Assembly (NCBI GenBank): GCA_903861445.1 | Contig: CAIOUK010000215.1 | Location: forward strand, 393-64,392 | Direction of reading: 5' to 3' | Length of the DNA: 64,000 nt | From: an uncultured Verrucomicrobia subdivision 3 bacterium | GTDB taxonomy: Bacteria > Verrucomicrobiota > Verrucomicrobiia > Limisphaerales > UBA11358 | In this document: positions 28,077 through 37,713 of the stretch, one piece after another | How the letters are laid out: every line of letters starts with the position of its first letter | How positions within the stretch are numbered: the stretch's first letter is position 1 | The notes under the pieces: model-generated | What the model saw: only the letters and a program-made list of their open reading frames with translations | Databases searched by the model: none | What the model was told of the DNA's origin: nothing | Program-made: the position numbers and the translations under genes

Positions 28077-29129
28077 ATGAAAACGCTCCTCGTCACCGGC
28101 TCGTCCGGTCTCATCGGCTCCGAAGTCGTGGAATCCTTCAGTCGCGATGGCTGGCATATTCACGGCGTGGACAACAACATGCGCGCCGATTTCTTTGGCC
28201 CCGGCGGCGACACCCGCTGGAATCAGCAGCGGCTGATCGGCGCGCTTAAAAATTTTTCCCATCACGAGCTGGACATCCGCAATCGGCCCGCCGTGCTGGG
28301 GCTGCTGAATGAACTCAAGCCCACGGCCATCGTTCACACCGCCGCGCAGCCGAGCCACGACCTCGCCGCCAGCCGGCCATTCGATGACTTCGATGTGAAT
28401 GCTAACGGCACGCTCAACATGCTGGAAGCCGCGCGCCTCGCGTGTCCGGAATCACCGTTCGTCCACATGAGCACGAACAAGGTTTATGGCGATGCGCCCA
28501 ATCGCATCCAGCTCAAGGAACTCGCCCAACGCTGGGATTATGATGATGCTACCTACGCCGACGGCATCCGCGAAACTTTCACGATTGATCAAAGCAAGCA
28601 CAGCTTGTTCGGCGCGTCCAAAGTTGCCGCCGACGTGATGGTGCAGGAATACGGCCGTTATTTCGGCATGCCCACCTGCGCGTTGCGCGGCGGCTGTCTG
28701 ACCGGCCCAAATCACAGTGGCGTGGAACTGCACGGTTTCTTGAGCTACCTCATCAAGTGCAATCTCGAAGGCCGCACCTACAAGGTTTTCGGCTACAAAG
28801 GCAAGCAGGTGCGCGACAATATCCACAGCCACGACGTCGTGCAATTCATGCGCCGGTTCATCGAATCACCCCGCAAAGGCGAAGTCTATAACCTCGGCGG
28901 TGGCCGCGCGAATTCGGTTTCTATCCTCGAAGCCTTCGATCTTATTGCCTCCATCTCCGGCAAAAAGATGAGCCACGAATATGTGGATCAAAACCGCGCC
29001 GGCGACCATATCTGCTACATCTCTAACCTCGATAAGTTGAAAGCGCACTATCCCGGCTGGGGCATCACGAAGGATTTGAAGACGACGTTCGTCGAAATTC
29101 ACGATGCGTGGGTGAAAAGGAAAAGCTGA
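28077..29129 (+). CDS. NAD-dependent epimerase/dehydratase (extended SDR)
   Basis: [18 protein letters not shown] Rossmann motif, [17 protein letters not shown] (YxxxK), [12 protein letters not shown]. Overall it resembles the CDP-paratose-2-epimerase-like subgroup. Confidence 0.88.
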   Translation: MKTLLVTGSSGLIGSEVVESFSRDGWHIHGVDNNMRADFFGPGGDTRWNQQRLIGALKNFSHHELDIRNRPAVLGLLNELKPTAIVHTAAQPSHDLAASRPFDDFDVNANGTLNMLEAARLACPESPFVHMSTNKVYGDAPNRIQLKELAQRWDYDDATYADGIRETFTIDQSKHSLFGASKVAADVMVQEYGRYFGMPTCALRGGCLTGPNHSGVELHGFLSYLIKCNLEGRTYKVFGYKGKQVRDNIHSHDVVQFMRRFIESPRKGEVYNLGGGRANSVSILEAFDLIASISGKKMSHEYVDQNRAGDHICYISNLDKLKAHYPGWGITKDLKTTFVEIHDAWVKRKS

Positions 29130-29187
29130 AATCAATTTCTATTTTCTACTTTCCAAATGTCTGCTTTGTCTTGCGATGTCTGATTTC

Positions 29188-30237
29188 ATGAAAATTCTCA
29201 TCACCGGCGGCGCGGGGTTCGTGGGTTCCAACCTGGCGCTCGCGCTGCGGGCGGATATGTCCGGCGCAGAAGTCGTCTGCATGGACAACTTGTATCGACG
29301 TGGCTCGGAATTGAATGTGCCGCGTTTGGAAAAAGCCGGTGCAACCTTTCATCGCGGCGATGTGCGCGACCCGGCGGCGTTTCCCGCCGGCCCGTTTGAT
29401 TTTCTCATCGAATGTTCCGCCGAACCTTCCGTGCTGGCCGGTCAGGCCGGCTCGCCGGATTATCTGTTTCAGACCAATCTCGTCGGTGCCTACAACTGTC
29501 TGGAAAAAGCCCGGCAATGGCAGAGTAAATTTATTTTTCTCTCCACCAGCCGCGTTTATCCCATCGCCCGGCTCGAAGCCCATCCGTGGCGCGAAGAAAC
29601 CACGCGGTTCGCGTGGGACGACCACGGCACGCCCGGCCTCAGCTCGCGCGGCGTGAGTGAAGCGGTGGATTTAAGCGGCGCGCGGTCACTCTACGGCTAC
29701 ACCAAAATTTCCGCCGAACAACTCATCGAGGAATATCGTGCCGCATTTGGCCTGCGAGCCGTCGTCAACCGCTGCGGTGTTATCGCTGGGCCGTGGCAGT
29801 TCGGCAAGGTGGATCAAGGCGTGGCCTCGCTCTGGGTGCTGGCGCATCATTTTCAGCGACCGTTGAGCTACATCGGCTACGGCGGCACGGGTAAACAAGT
29901 CCGCGATTTTCTGCACGTTGCCGACTTGTGCGATTTGATTCGCGAACAAATCCAGAATTTTGATCACTGGGACGGCTGGCTGGGCAACGTCGCCGGCGGC
30001 CTCGCCCACAGCGCCTCGCTTTGCGAACTGACCACGCTCTGTCGCGAAATTACTGGCCGCGAAACGCCGATCAAATCCATCGCGGAAAATCGTCCGAACG
30101 ATTTGCGGATTTTTGTGGCCGACTGCAACCGCTTGTTTCAACACACCACTTGGCGGCCAAAACGCAACGTGCGTCGTATCGTTCAAGACGCCCATGCGTG
30201 GGTGGTGGAACACGCGGAGCAACTAAAAAAACTCTGA
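29188..30237 (+). CDS. NAD-dependent epimerase/dehydratase (extended SDR), second copy
   Basis: MKILITGGAGFVGSNLA (ATG 29188; an upstream in-frame ATG at 29176 is also possible), LSTSRVY, YGYTKISAE (YxxxK), GKQVRDFLHVAD, RIFVADCNRL. Confidence 0.88.
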   Translation: MKILITGGAGFVGSNLALALRADMSGAEVVCMDNLYRRGSELNVPRLEKAGATFHRGDVRDPAAFPAGPFDFLIECSAEPSVLAGQAGSPDYLFQTNLVGAYNCLEKARQWQSKFIFLSTSRVYPIARLEAHPWREETTRFAWDDHGTPGLSSRGVSEAVDLSGARSLYGYTKISAEQLIEEYRAAFGLRAVVNRCGVIAGPWQFGKVDQGVASLWVLAHHFQRPLSYIGYGGTGKQVRDFLHVADLCDLIREQIQNFDHWDGWLGNVAGGLAHSASLCELTTLCREITGRETPIKSIAENRPNDLRIFVADCNRLFQHTTWRPKRNVRRIVQDAHAWVVEHAEQLKKL

Positions 30238-30274
30238 CCGCAGATTTCAGCTTTCAGAATTTCTGTTTCAACTT

Positions 30275-31120
30275 ATGCATTTGATTCTTGAACCCGGACG
30301 CGCCGAGAAAAATTACTGGCGCGACCTCTGGCGCTATCGCGAGCTGTTCATTATTCTCGCCTGGCGCGACATCACCGTTCGCTACAAGCAAACAGTCATC
30401 GGCGTGGTGTGGGCGGTCATCCGGCCGTTGCTGACGACGATTGTGTTCACGGTGGTGTTTAGCAAGATTGCCAAATTATCCGCGCCGGGTGCCATCCCTT
30501 ATGCGCTGCTGGTGATGGCGGCGAATCTGCCCTGGCAGTTTTTTGCCACCGCCATGAGCGAGTCCAGCAACAGCCTGATCGGCAATGCCAACCTCATCTC
30601 CAAAATCTACTTTCCCCGACTCATCATCCCTGTGGGCTCCGTCATTACTAGCTTCGTGGATTTTTTAATCACCCTCGGTTTGATGGCAGCACTAATGATC
30701 TGGTTTCAGTTTGTTCCTGACTGGCGCTTATTTCTGCTCCCCGCTTTCATGATATTAGCTTTTGCCTCAGCTTTCGGCATCGGCCTGTGGCTGTGCGCGC
30801 TAAACGTGGAATACCGGGACTTTCGTTACATCGTGCCCTTCATTGTGCAATTTGGATTTTTCCTCTCGCCCGTGGGCTTCAGCACCACGCGCGTGCCGGA
30901 ACACTGGCTCTGGCACGGTTTTGATATTCCGGCGCGGTTGATCTACTCGCTTAATCCCATGGTGGGTGTCATTGAAGGCTTCCGCTGGAGCCTGTTGCGC
31001 GGTGAAAGCTCTTTTCAGGTTTCAGCTTTGAGCATTTCAGTTTTTGTGACGGTCGTGCTGTGCGCGAGCGGTATCTGGTATTTCCGAAAAATGGAACGCA
31101 CATTTGCCGACGTCATTTGA
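30275..31120 (+). CDS. wzm: ABC-2-type polysaccharide export permease (Wzm/KpsM/TagG family)
   Basis: N-terminal YRELFIILAWRDITVRYKQTVIGVVWAVIRPLLT signature and six TM segments, 281 aa. Confidence 0.9.
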   Translation: MHLILEPGRAEKNYWRDLWRYRELFIILAWRDITVRYKQTVIGVVWAVIRPLLTTIVFTVVFSKIAKLSAPGAIPYALLVMAANLPWQFFATAMSESSNSLIGNANLISKIYFPRLIIPVGSVITSFVDFLITLGLMAALMIWFQFVPDWRLFLLPAFMILAFASAFGIGLWLCALNVEYRDFRYIVPFIVQFGFFLSPVGFSTTRVPEHWLWHGFDIPARLIYSLNPMVGVIEGFRWSLLRGESSFQVSALSISVFVTVVLCASGIWYFRKMERTFADVI

Positions 31121-31163
31121 AGAACGAAAGTGGAAATCACGAAAAGAGGTGTTGGATTTGAGC

Positions 31164-33095
31164 ATGAATCAAAAGTATCGTCCTGACATTGATGGATTAA
31201 GGGCGCTGGCCATTTTGCCAGTAATCCTTTTTCATGCTGACCTTGGATGCCCCGGCGGATTTGTTGGGGTTGACATCTTTTTTGTTATTTCTGGCTTCCT
31301 GATTACGTCACTCATTTTGAAAGAAATCAATGAAGATTGCTTCAGTTTAGTCACTTTCTGGGAACGACGGATTCGGAGAATCTTGCCAGCCTTGGCCGTG
31401 GTGGTTTTCGCCACGCTCGTTGCGGGGTGGTTTTTATTCATGCCAGCGGACTTTGAGGTGCTTGGCAAATCCGTTATTGCTCAGGTGACATTGCTGTCCA
31501 ATGTTTTCTTTTATCGGCAAAGTCTTGTTGGTGGCGGATACTTTGCTCCTGTTTCGGATACCAAAGCACTGCTGCATACTTGGTCTTTGGCCGTTGAGGA
31601 ACAATTTTATGTGCTCTTTCCGCTGCTGCTGATTTTGCTGGGACGGCAAAAACGCCTTTCAATTGCACAAGCTATTTTATGGTTTGGCATTGGGTCGCTT
31701 TTTTTGAGTGTTGCGGGCAGCTATTACAGACCGGGGGCAACTTTTTACCTGCTACCGACCCGAGCGTGGGAACTGATGATCGGGGCATTTCTCGCTACCA
31801 TCCCCGGAAGGCAGTTGTTGAATCCACGAATAAACGAAGCCGTTGGCTGGTCTGGTCTCGGACTGATTTTTTATTCGATATTCTTTTATACGCGCGAAAC
31901 CCGGTTTCCGGGACTGGCGGCGATTCCTCCTTGTCTGGGTGCCGCATTGATTATTTTTTCAGGCGGGGGAATCAATGTGAAACCAACGCTCATCAACCGG
32001 GGACTGGCTTGGAAACCGGTTGTATTTATCGGCCTCATTTCCTATTCACTTTATCTATGGCATTGGCCGCTTTTGGTTTTCTCAAAAAACTACAACTATT
32101 ACCACTACGGCACGAAAACCCAAAGTTGGCAACTTCGTATCACGCTGTTGATGATCGGCATCGCCCTCGCCGCTGCTTCATTGAAATGGATCGAAGCGCC
32201 CTTTCGGAAGCGCATACTTTGCCCCCGTCGCCCACAAGTGTTTGCACTTGCCGGTTGCACGATGCTAACCCTGCTGATTTTTGGCACCGGTGTTTATTTG
32301 AAACATGGAGTGCGTTCCCGGATTTCCTCCAAAGCGGATATTTTTTTAAACGGCAAGGATTATGTAGCGTTTCGAAATAATATCACGCCACAACAGGCCG
32401 CCGCCGGCCAGTTTCCCGAACTCGGCGCGCAAAGCACCAATCAACCGATTCAAATTCTTCTTTGGGGCGACAGCCACGCCATGCATGTAGCCTCCGCCCT
32501 TGACGAGCTATGCCGAAGGTTTTCAGTGCGTGGCGTTGAGGCGACTCATTCAGACACGGCACCGATGCTTGATTATATCCAAATAGAAAAATATGGTCTG
32601 AATGAAAATGCGCCCGCGTTCTCGCAATCCGTGGTCGAGTTCATTGCCAAACATCACATAAAAACGGTAATTCTTGGCGCGGTCTGGTCGGATTACGGGC
32701 CAACTAATATTGTTGCTGACAAACTGGTGGAAACAGCCCAGACCATCATGGCTACTGGCGCTTCAGTTTATATTCTTAAAGATGTGCCCAAACCAGACTA
32801 TGATGTTCCCATGCAGGCAAGTATTACAGTCAGGCAACATGGTGACCTCGCCCAACTGGAAATACCTCCGGCTAAATACGCCGCCTTGAATGAAAGTTAT
32901 GAACCGGTTTTTAATCGCCTTACAAAAATCGGCGCGACCGTTTTGGACACTTCAAAGTATTTCCTCAACACAAATGGCCGTTACGATGTTATCCGGAATG
33001 GTAGGGTTTTATATTTTGACGCACACCATCTGACAACAGCGGGAGCAAAACTGCTGCTACCCATGTTTGAACCAATATTCCACCAATTAAATTGA
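31164..33095 (+). CDS. membrane acyltransferase family 3 (OafA/YrhL-like) fused to a C-terminal SGNH-type domain
   Basis: ATG 31164. MNQKYRPDIDGLRALAILPVILFHA, ~10 TM segments, HTWSLAVEEQFY, then a soluble ~270 aa domain (ILLWGDSHAMH). Visibly more A+T-rich than wzm and wzt, which it separates. Confidence 0.88.
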   Translation: MNQKYRPDIDGLRALAILPVILFHADLGCPGGFVGVDIFFVISGFLITSLILKEINEDCFSLVTFWERRIRRILPALAVVVFATLVAGWFLFMPADFEVLGKSVIAQVTLLSNVFFYRQSLVGGGYFAPVSDTKALLHTWSLAVEEQFYVLFPLLLILLGRQKRLSIAQAILWFGIGSLFLSVAGSYYRPGATFYLLPTRAWELMIGAFLATIPGRQLLNPRINEAVGWSGLGLIFYSIFFYTRETRFPGLAAIPPCLGAALIIFSGGGINVKPTLINRGLAWKPVVFIGLISYSLYLWHWPLLVFSKNYNYYHYGTKTQSWQLRITLLMIGIALAAASLKWIEAPFRKRILCPRRPQVFALAGCTMLTLLIFGTGVYLKHGVRSRISSKADIFLNGKDYVAFRNNITPQQAAAGQFPELGAQSTNQPIQILLWGDSHAMHVASALDELCRRFSVRGVEATHSDTAPMLDYIQIEKYGLNENAPAFSQSVVEFIAKHHIKTVILGAVWSDYGPTNIVADKLVETAQTIMATGASVYILKDVPKPDYDVPMQASITVRQHGDLAQLEIPPAKYAALNESYEPVFNRLTKIGATVLDTSKYFLNTNGRYDVIRNGRVLYFDAHHLTTAGAKLLLPMFEPIFHQLN

Positions 33096-34378
33096 AAAAC
33101 GACGCGATCATATCAGTCGAAAACCTCGGTAAAAAATACCGCATCAGTCATCAGGCTGAACGGCAGCGCTACACCGCCTTGCGCGACGTGTTGGCCAACA
33201 AGGTCAAAGGCTTATTCCAAAATCGGAAATCGGAAATCGAAAATCAGAAATCGGTGGAGGATTTTTGGGCCTTGCAGGACGTTTCCTTTGAGGTCAAGCG
33301 CGGCGAAGTCGTTGGCATCATCGGGCGGAATGGCGCGGGCAAGAGCACGCTGCTGAAAATTCTGAGCCGCATCACCGAGCCGAGCACCGGCCGCGTGGAT
33401 TTGCGCGGGCGCGTGGCGAGCCTGTTGGAAGTCGGCACCGGATTTCATCCCGAACTGACCGGACGCGAAAATGTCTTTTTGAACGGTGCGATCCTGGGCA
33501 TGAGTCGGGCGGAGATCCGGAGGAAATTTGACGAGATCGTGGCCTTTGCCGAGGTGGAGAAGTTTTTGGACACACCGGTGAAACGCTACAGCAGCGGCAT
33601 GTATGTGCGCCTGGCCTTTGCCGTGGCCGCGCACCTGGAACCGGAAATCTTGATCGTGGACGAAGTGCTGGCGGTAGGTGATGCGCAGTTTCAGAAGAAA
33701 TGCCTAGGCAAGATGCAGGATGTCAGCAAAGGCGGTCGAACCGTGCTCTTTGTCAGTCACAACATGGTGGCCGTGCAAACCCTCTGCCACCGCGCCTTGT
33801 GGTTGCGCGATGGTAAGTTGATTGCGGATAGGGACGTGGCTCCAGTCGTTGCGGATTACCTGCGTGGATTCCACGGCCAAGACGACATCCAGCAATGGGA
33901 CGACCCCAAAACCGCGCCCGGCAACGACGCGCTCCGGATTAGAAGCGTCCGGCTGATTCCCGAAACCAGCGGGGATGACAATCTCATTTCCATGCAGACA
34001 CCGTTCCGGATTGAAACCGAATTCTGGGTGCTGGACGCCAGCCGCCAACTGCACTTCACCTATCATTTGCTCAATGACCAGGGCATCACGGTGTTGACTA
34101 CCGGCTTCCCGATGCAAGTGCATCCAGTGGGTCACCACAAGGCCGTCTGCCATTTGCCCGGCAACCTGCTCAACAGCGGCGGCTACTCCCTGAAATTGCT
34201 CGTGGTGGAGAATGGCAACAAGGTGACTTATATCCGTGAAAGCATTGCCAGTTTTACCGTCGTGGATATTGCGGAAAGAAAAGGTTCTTGGATGGGACGG
34301 GAACCGAGTGTTGTCCGGCCTATCTTAAATTGGAATGTGGAAACTTTAAAAACAAACAGTTCTTCTACGCATAATTAG
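33092..34378 (+). CDS. wzt: polysaccharide export ABC ATPase with a C-terminal glycan-binding-type domain (Wzt/TagH family)
   Basis: TTG start overlaps the upstream stop. Walker A GRNGAGKSTLLK, signature YSSGMYVRLAFA, Walker B ILIVDEVLAVGD, then a ~170 aa beta-rich C-terminal extension. Confidence 0.9.
   Translation: MKNDAIISVENLGKKYRISHQAERQRYTALRDVLANKVKGLFQNRKSEIENQKSVEDFWALQDVSFEVKRGEVVGIIGRNGAGKSTLLKILSRITEPSTGRVDLRGRVASLLEVGTGFHPELTGRENVFLNGAILGMSRAEIRRKFDEIVAFAEVEKFLDTPVKRYSSGMYVRLAFAVAAHLEPEILIVDEVLAVGDAQFQKKCLGKMQDVSKGGRTVLFVSHNMVAVQTLCHRALWLRDGKLIADRDVAPVVADYLRGFHGQDDIQQWDDPKTAPGNDALRIRSVRLIPETSGDDNLISMQTPFRIETEFWVLDASRQLHFTYHLLNDQGITVLTTGFPMQVHPVGHHKAVCHLPGNLLNSGGYSLKLLVVENGNKVTYIRESIASFTVVDIAERKGSWMGREPSVVRPILNWNVETLKTNSSSTHN
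33220..33254. repeat. heptanucleotide tandem repeat (aaatcgg, aaatcgg, aaatcga, aaatcag, aaatcgg) inside wzt
   Basis: It encodes NRKSEIENQKS just upstream of the Walker A region. The unit family is the same as in the dehydrogenase gene. Confidence 0.9.
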
Positions 34379-34384
34379 GCGCTT

Positions 34385-36460
34385 ATGAAACTTGGTATCA
34401 TGCAGCCCTATTTCTTTCCTTACATAGGGTATTTTCAATTGATCAATGCCGTGGATTTGTTTGTTGTCTACGATGACCTTCAGTATATCAGCCGTGGATG
34501 GATTAATCGGAACCGGATTCTTGTCAATGGAAAATCTAGCTACATCACATTGCCAATTCGATCTGCCTCACACCTTACTTCAATCAAAGACTCGTGTTTT
34601 AACGGCAACTTTGCCAAAGAGAAAAACTCGATTCTCCGCCGGATCGAAGGCGCCTACCGCAAAGCGCCGCATTTTTCGGAGACATTTGAATTGATTGAGA
34701 AATGCTTCCAATGCCCTGACCCAAAAGTCTCGGCGTTTGTCTCCCAGACAATTAAGCAATGCTGTCAGCACCTCGGCATTTCAACTCCGTTAAATATCAC
34801 GCCATCACTTCAAATAAATGCCGATTTGCGAGGTCAAGATCGGGCTATTGCTATTACCAAACACCTTGGTTCCGACCATTACCTCAACCCTGTTGGCGGT
34901 ATGGAAATTTACAGCGGGAAAGAATTTCAGCGGCACGGAATTGAGTTGAGCTTTGTCCGGACTAATGAATTCAGCTACAAACAATTTGGCGGCGAATTTG
35001 TTCCGAATCTCTCAATCATTGATGTTTTGATGTTTAATGATCGCGACACCATCCGTGACTATCTGTCAAGATACACTCTCATTTCAAACAGCGATGAAGG
35101 AGCCAAGTTTTCTACTACATCCTCCAACAATGATTTATTGCCTGGATCTCTTAAAGAAAATCTCATTAATCAACGCATAGATTCCAAATGGCGGGTCTTG
35201 GTGTTTCCGGGAGCAACCGAAATTGCCATGGAATTGCGGCAGTCGTTGGCGGGGTGTAAGGACGTATTACTTTTCTCCGCCGGCAGCCAAGTTTCAAATC
35301 ATGCGCCATTTGTATTTGAACGGCATTTCATAATTCCAGAAATTGGTAAACCCAATTGGCTGGATGAATTAGCTGCCGTGGTGGACGCGAACCAAATCAC
35401 CCACATTTTTCCGGCGCATGATGACGTGCTGCTGGCCTTGGCGGAAAACGCCGACACGCTAAAGGCAAAAGTTGTCACGTCACCTCTGGAAACTTGCCGG
35501 ATTGCCCGTTTCAAAATCGCAACTCAGGAGCGGTTGGCGGGCATCGTTCCAACACCAGAGCGGTTTCATACGCCGGAGGCGGTTAAAACCTGGCCCGTAT
35601 TTTTGAAGCCGGATCGGGGAGAAGGTGCGAAGCGAACCGCTCTGGCCAAAAATGCCAGTCATCTTGCCGCCTTGCTGGCAAAGGATGCTGACCGAATCAT
35701 TCTTGAATACCTGCCCGGTTCAGAATTCACGGTGGACTGTTTTTCTGACCGTGACCGTGGTCTGCAATATGTCTGTGGGCGCCAAAGGCGGCGGATCCGT
35801 TCAGGTATTGCCATGGATGCTGTGGTTGTTGAAGATCAGCGATTCTGGGAATATGCGGAAGCGATTTCCAAGGTGCTCAAGTTTCATGGCGCTTGGTTTT
35901 TTCAAGTAAAAGCAGATCAAAATGGCGTGTTGAAAGTGATGGAAGTCGCGCCGCGCATTGGCGGCACTTCGGCATTGAGCCGGGTGCGTGGCGTGAACCT
36001 GCCGCTGTTAAGCCTTTATGAAGCAGAGCGCCTGCCTGTGCAAATCATCCCCGTCGATTATTCGGTCGAAATTGACCGCGCCTTGGTCAACCGCTATCGG
36101 CACAATCTCCGCTACCGGACAATTTATGTGGATTTTGACGACACGCTGGTTATCCGCGGGAAGTTGAATGTCGAACTTATCAAATTACTTTATCAGGGCG
36201 TAAATCGCGGCACTCGTTTGGTGCTACTGACAAGACACAAGGGGGATTTGAAATTGCAACTACGCCAATGGCGGCTAGAGAGCCTTTTCGACGAGGTTAT
36301 CCATCTTGGTCAAACAGATTCAAAAGCGGATTTCATCAAAGAAACGGACGCTATTTTCATAGACGACAGTTTCGCCGAAAGAAAAGCCGTTCACGAAAAA
36401 ACTGGCATTGTGACAATTGATCCGTCCATGGTGGAGTTGTTGTTAGATGATCGCATATGA
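34385..36460 (+). CDS. tri-domain fusion: WbqC-like, ATP-grasp ligase and HAD-type phosphatase
   Basis: N-terminal MKLGIMQPYFFPYIGYFQLINAVDLFVVYDDLQYISRGWINRNRI (WbqC family). Central ATP-grasp-like region (WPVFLKPDRGEGAKRT...IILEYLPGSEFTVDCF...WFFQVK...VMEVAPRIGGTS). C-terminal HAD motifs IYVDFDDTLV and IFIDDS. A+T-rich by eye. Confidence 0.8.
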   Translation: MKLGIMQPYFFPYIGYFQLINAVDLFVVYDDLQYISRGWINRNRILVNGKSSYITLPIRSASHLTSIKDSCFNGNFAKEKNSILRRIEGAYRKAPHFSETFELIEKCFQCPDPKVSAFVSQTIKQCCQHLGISTPLNITPSLQINADLRGQDRAIAITKHLGSDHYLNPVGGMEIYSGKEFQRHGIELSFVRTNEFSYKQFGGEFVPNLSIIDVLMFNDRDTIRDYLSRYTLISNSDEGAKFSTTSSNNDLLPGSLKENLINQRIDSKWRVLVFPGATEIAMELRQSLAGCKDVLLFSAGSQVSNHAPFVFERHFIIPEIGKPNWLDELAAVVDANQITHIFPAHDDVLLALAENADTLKAKVVTSPLETCRIARFKIATQERLAGIVPTPERFHTPEAVKTWPVFLKPDRGEGAKRTALAKNASHLAALLAKDADRIILEYLPGSEFTVDCFSDRDRGLQYVCGRQRRRIRSGIAMDAVVVEDQRFWEYAEAISKVLKFHGAWFFQVKADQNGVLKVMEVAPRIGGTSALSRVRGVNLPLLSLYEAERLPVQIIPVDYSVEIDRALVNRYRHNLRYRTIYVDFDDTLVIRGKLNVELIKLLYQGVNRGTRLVLLTRHKGDLKLQLRQWRLESLFDEVIHLGQTDSKADFIKETDAIFIDDSFAERKAVHEKTGIVTIDPSMVELLLDDRI

Positions 36461-37665
36461 ACCCAGAACATACTCAGCATCAATTAGCCATTCTCGGCGC
36501 TACTCCCTCATTTCCAGAACCATTGCACGTTGGCCGCCCAAACCTCGGCGACCGTGAGACGATGCTGCGCCGGGTAAATGAAATTTTTGACCGCCGCTGG
36601 TTCACCAACGACGGCCCGCTGGTCAAGGAATTTGAAGCCCGCATCCAGCAACTCGTCGGGGTGAAGCATTGCGTGGCTATGTGCAATGCCACCATCGCTC
36701 TGGAGATTGCCATTCGCGCCCTTGAACTGCGCGGCGAGGTCATTGTGCCGGCCTACACCTTCATCGCCACCGCGCACGCGCTGCAATGGCAGGAAATCAC
36801 GCCGGTCTTTGCGGACATGGATCCGGCCACGCATAATATCGCGCCGGAAACCATCGAGCGACTCATCACGCCGCGCACCACCGGCATCATCGGCGTTCAT
36901 GTGTGGGGTCGTCCTTGTAACACGGAAGCCATCGAAGCCATCGCCGCCAAACACCAACTCAAGGTGATGTATGACGCGGCGCATGCCTTTGGCTGTTCGC
37001 ATCGCGGCCGGATGGTCGGCAGTTTTGGGTCGTGCGAAGTATTCAGTTTTCACGCCACCAAATTCATCAACTGCTTTGAAGGTGGCGCGGTGGTCACGAA
37101 TGATGATGCGCTGGCGGCGAAGCTGCGGTTGATGCGCAACTTCGGTTTTGCCGGAGTGGACAAGGTGATTTACCCCGGCACCAACGGCAAGTTGACGGAG
37201 GTTTGCGCGGCGATGGGAATTACCTCGCTGGAGGTCATGGAAGAAATCATCGTCGCCAATCGCCGGAACTATGAGGCTTACTGCGAAGGCTTGAAAAGTC
37301 TGCCGGGCATCGCGCTGAAAGAATATGCTGCGGGCGAGCGTCGCAATTACCAATACATCGTGGTGGAAGTGGATGAAACCAAGTCACCGCTAAACCGGGA
37401 TGAATTGGTGGCGGTGTTGCAGGCGGAAAATGTGTTGGCGCGGAAATATTTCTGGCCGGGCTGCCACCGCATGGAGCCTTACAAATCATTTTTCCCGAAT
37501 GCTCATTTGTTATTGCCGCAGACTGAAAAGCTGGCGGCCCAGATTATGGTTCTGCCCACCGGTCAGTCGGTCGGGGCGGAAGATGTCGGAAAAGTTTGCG
37601 GCCTCATCCACACCGCGTTGTCCCAATCCGCCGTTGTGCGGGCGGCGTTAAGTAAACAAGACTAA
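36457..37665 (+). CDS. DegT/DnrJ/EryC1/StrS-family PLP aminotransferase
   Basis: ATGA overlap with the upstream gene. Motifs FEARIQQLVGVKHCVAMCNATIALEIAIRAL, GVHVWGRPC and FSFHATKFINCFEGGAVV (Schiff-base Lys). Confidence 0.9.
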   Translation: MNPEHTQHQLAILGATPSFPEPLHVGRPNLGDRETMLRRVNEIFDRRWFTNDGPLVKEFEARIQQLVGVKHCVAMCNATIALEIAIRALELRGEVIVPAYTFIATAHALQWQEITPVFADMDPATHNIAPETIERLITPRTTGIIGVHVWGRPCNTEAIEAIAAKHQLKVMYDAAHAFGCSHRGRMVGSFGSCEVFSFHATKFINCFEGGAVVTNDDALAAKLRLMRNFGFAGVDKVIYPGTNGKLTEVCAAMGITSLEVMEEIIVANRRNYEAYCEGLKSLPGIALKEYAAGERRNYQYIVVEVDETKSPLNRDELVAVLQAENVLARKYFWPGCHRMEPYKSFFPNAHLLLPQTEKLAAQIMVLPTGQSVGAEDVGKVCGLIHTALSQSAVVRAALSKQD

Positions 37666-37713
37666 ATTGTATTTGTTTCTGCTTTCTCAATTTTAGATTT
37701 AGCTCTTAAAAAT

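Noticed and set aside
36508-37353. A 281-aa minus-strand ORF antisense to the DegT aminotransferase. Similar long antisense ORFs occur at 4378-5178(+), 24576-25451(-), 45537-46325(-), 54985-55914(-) and 60849-61427(-).
   Set aside because: All lie opposite genes with clear family signatures. All show Arg/Gly/His-skewed low-information composition, and none has domain motifs.
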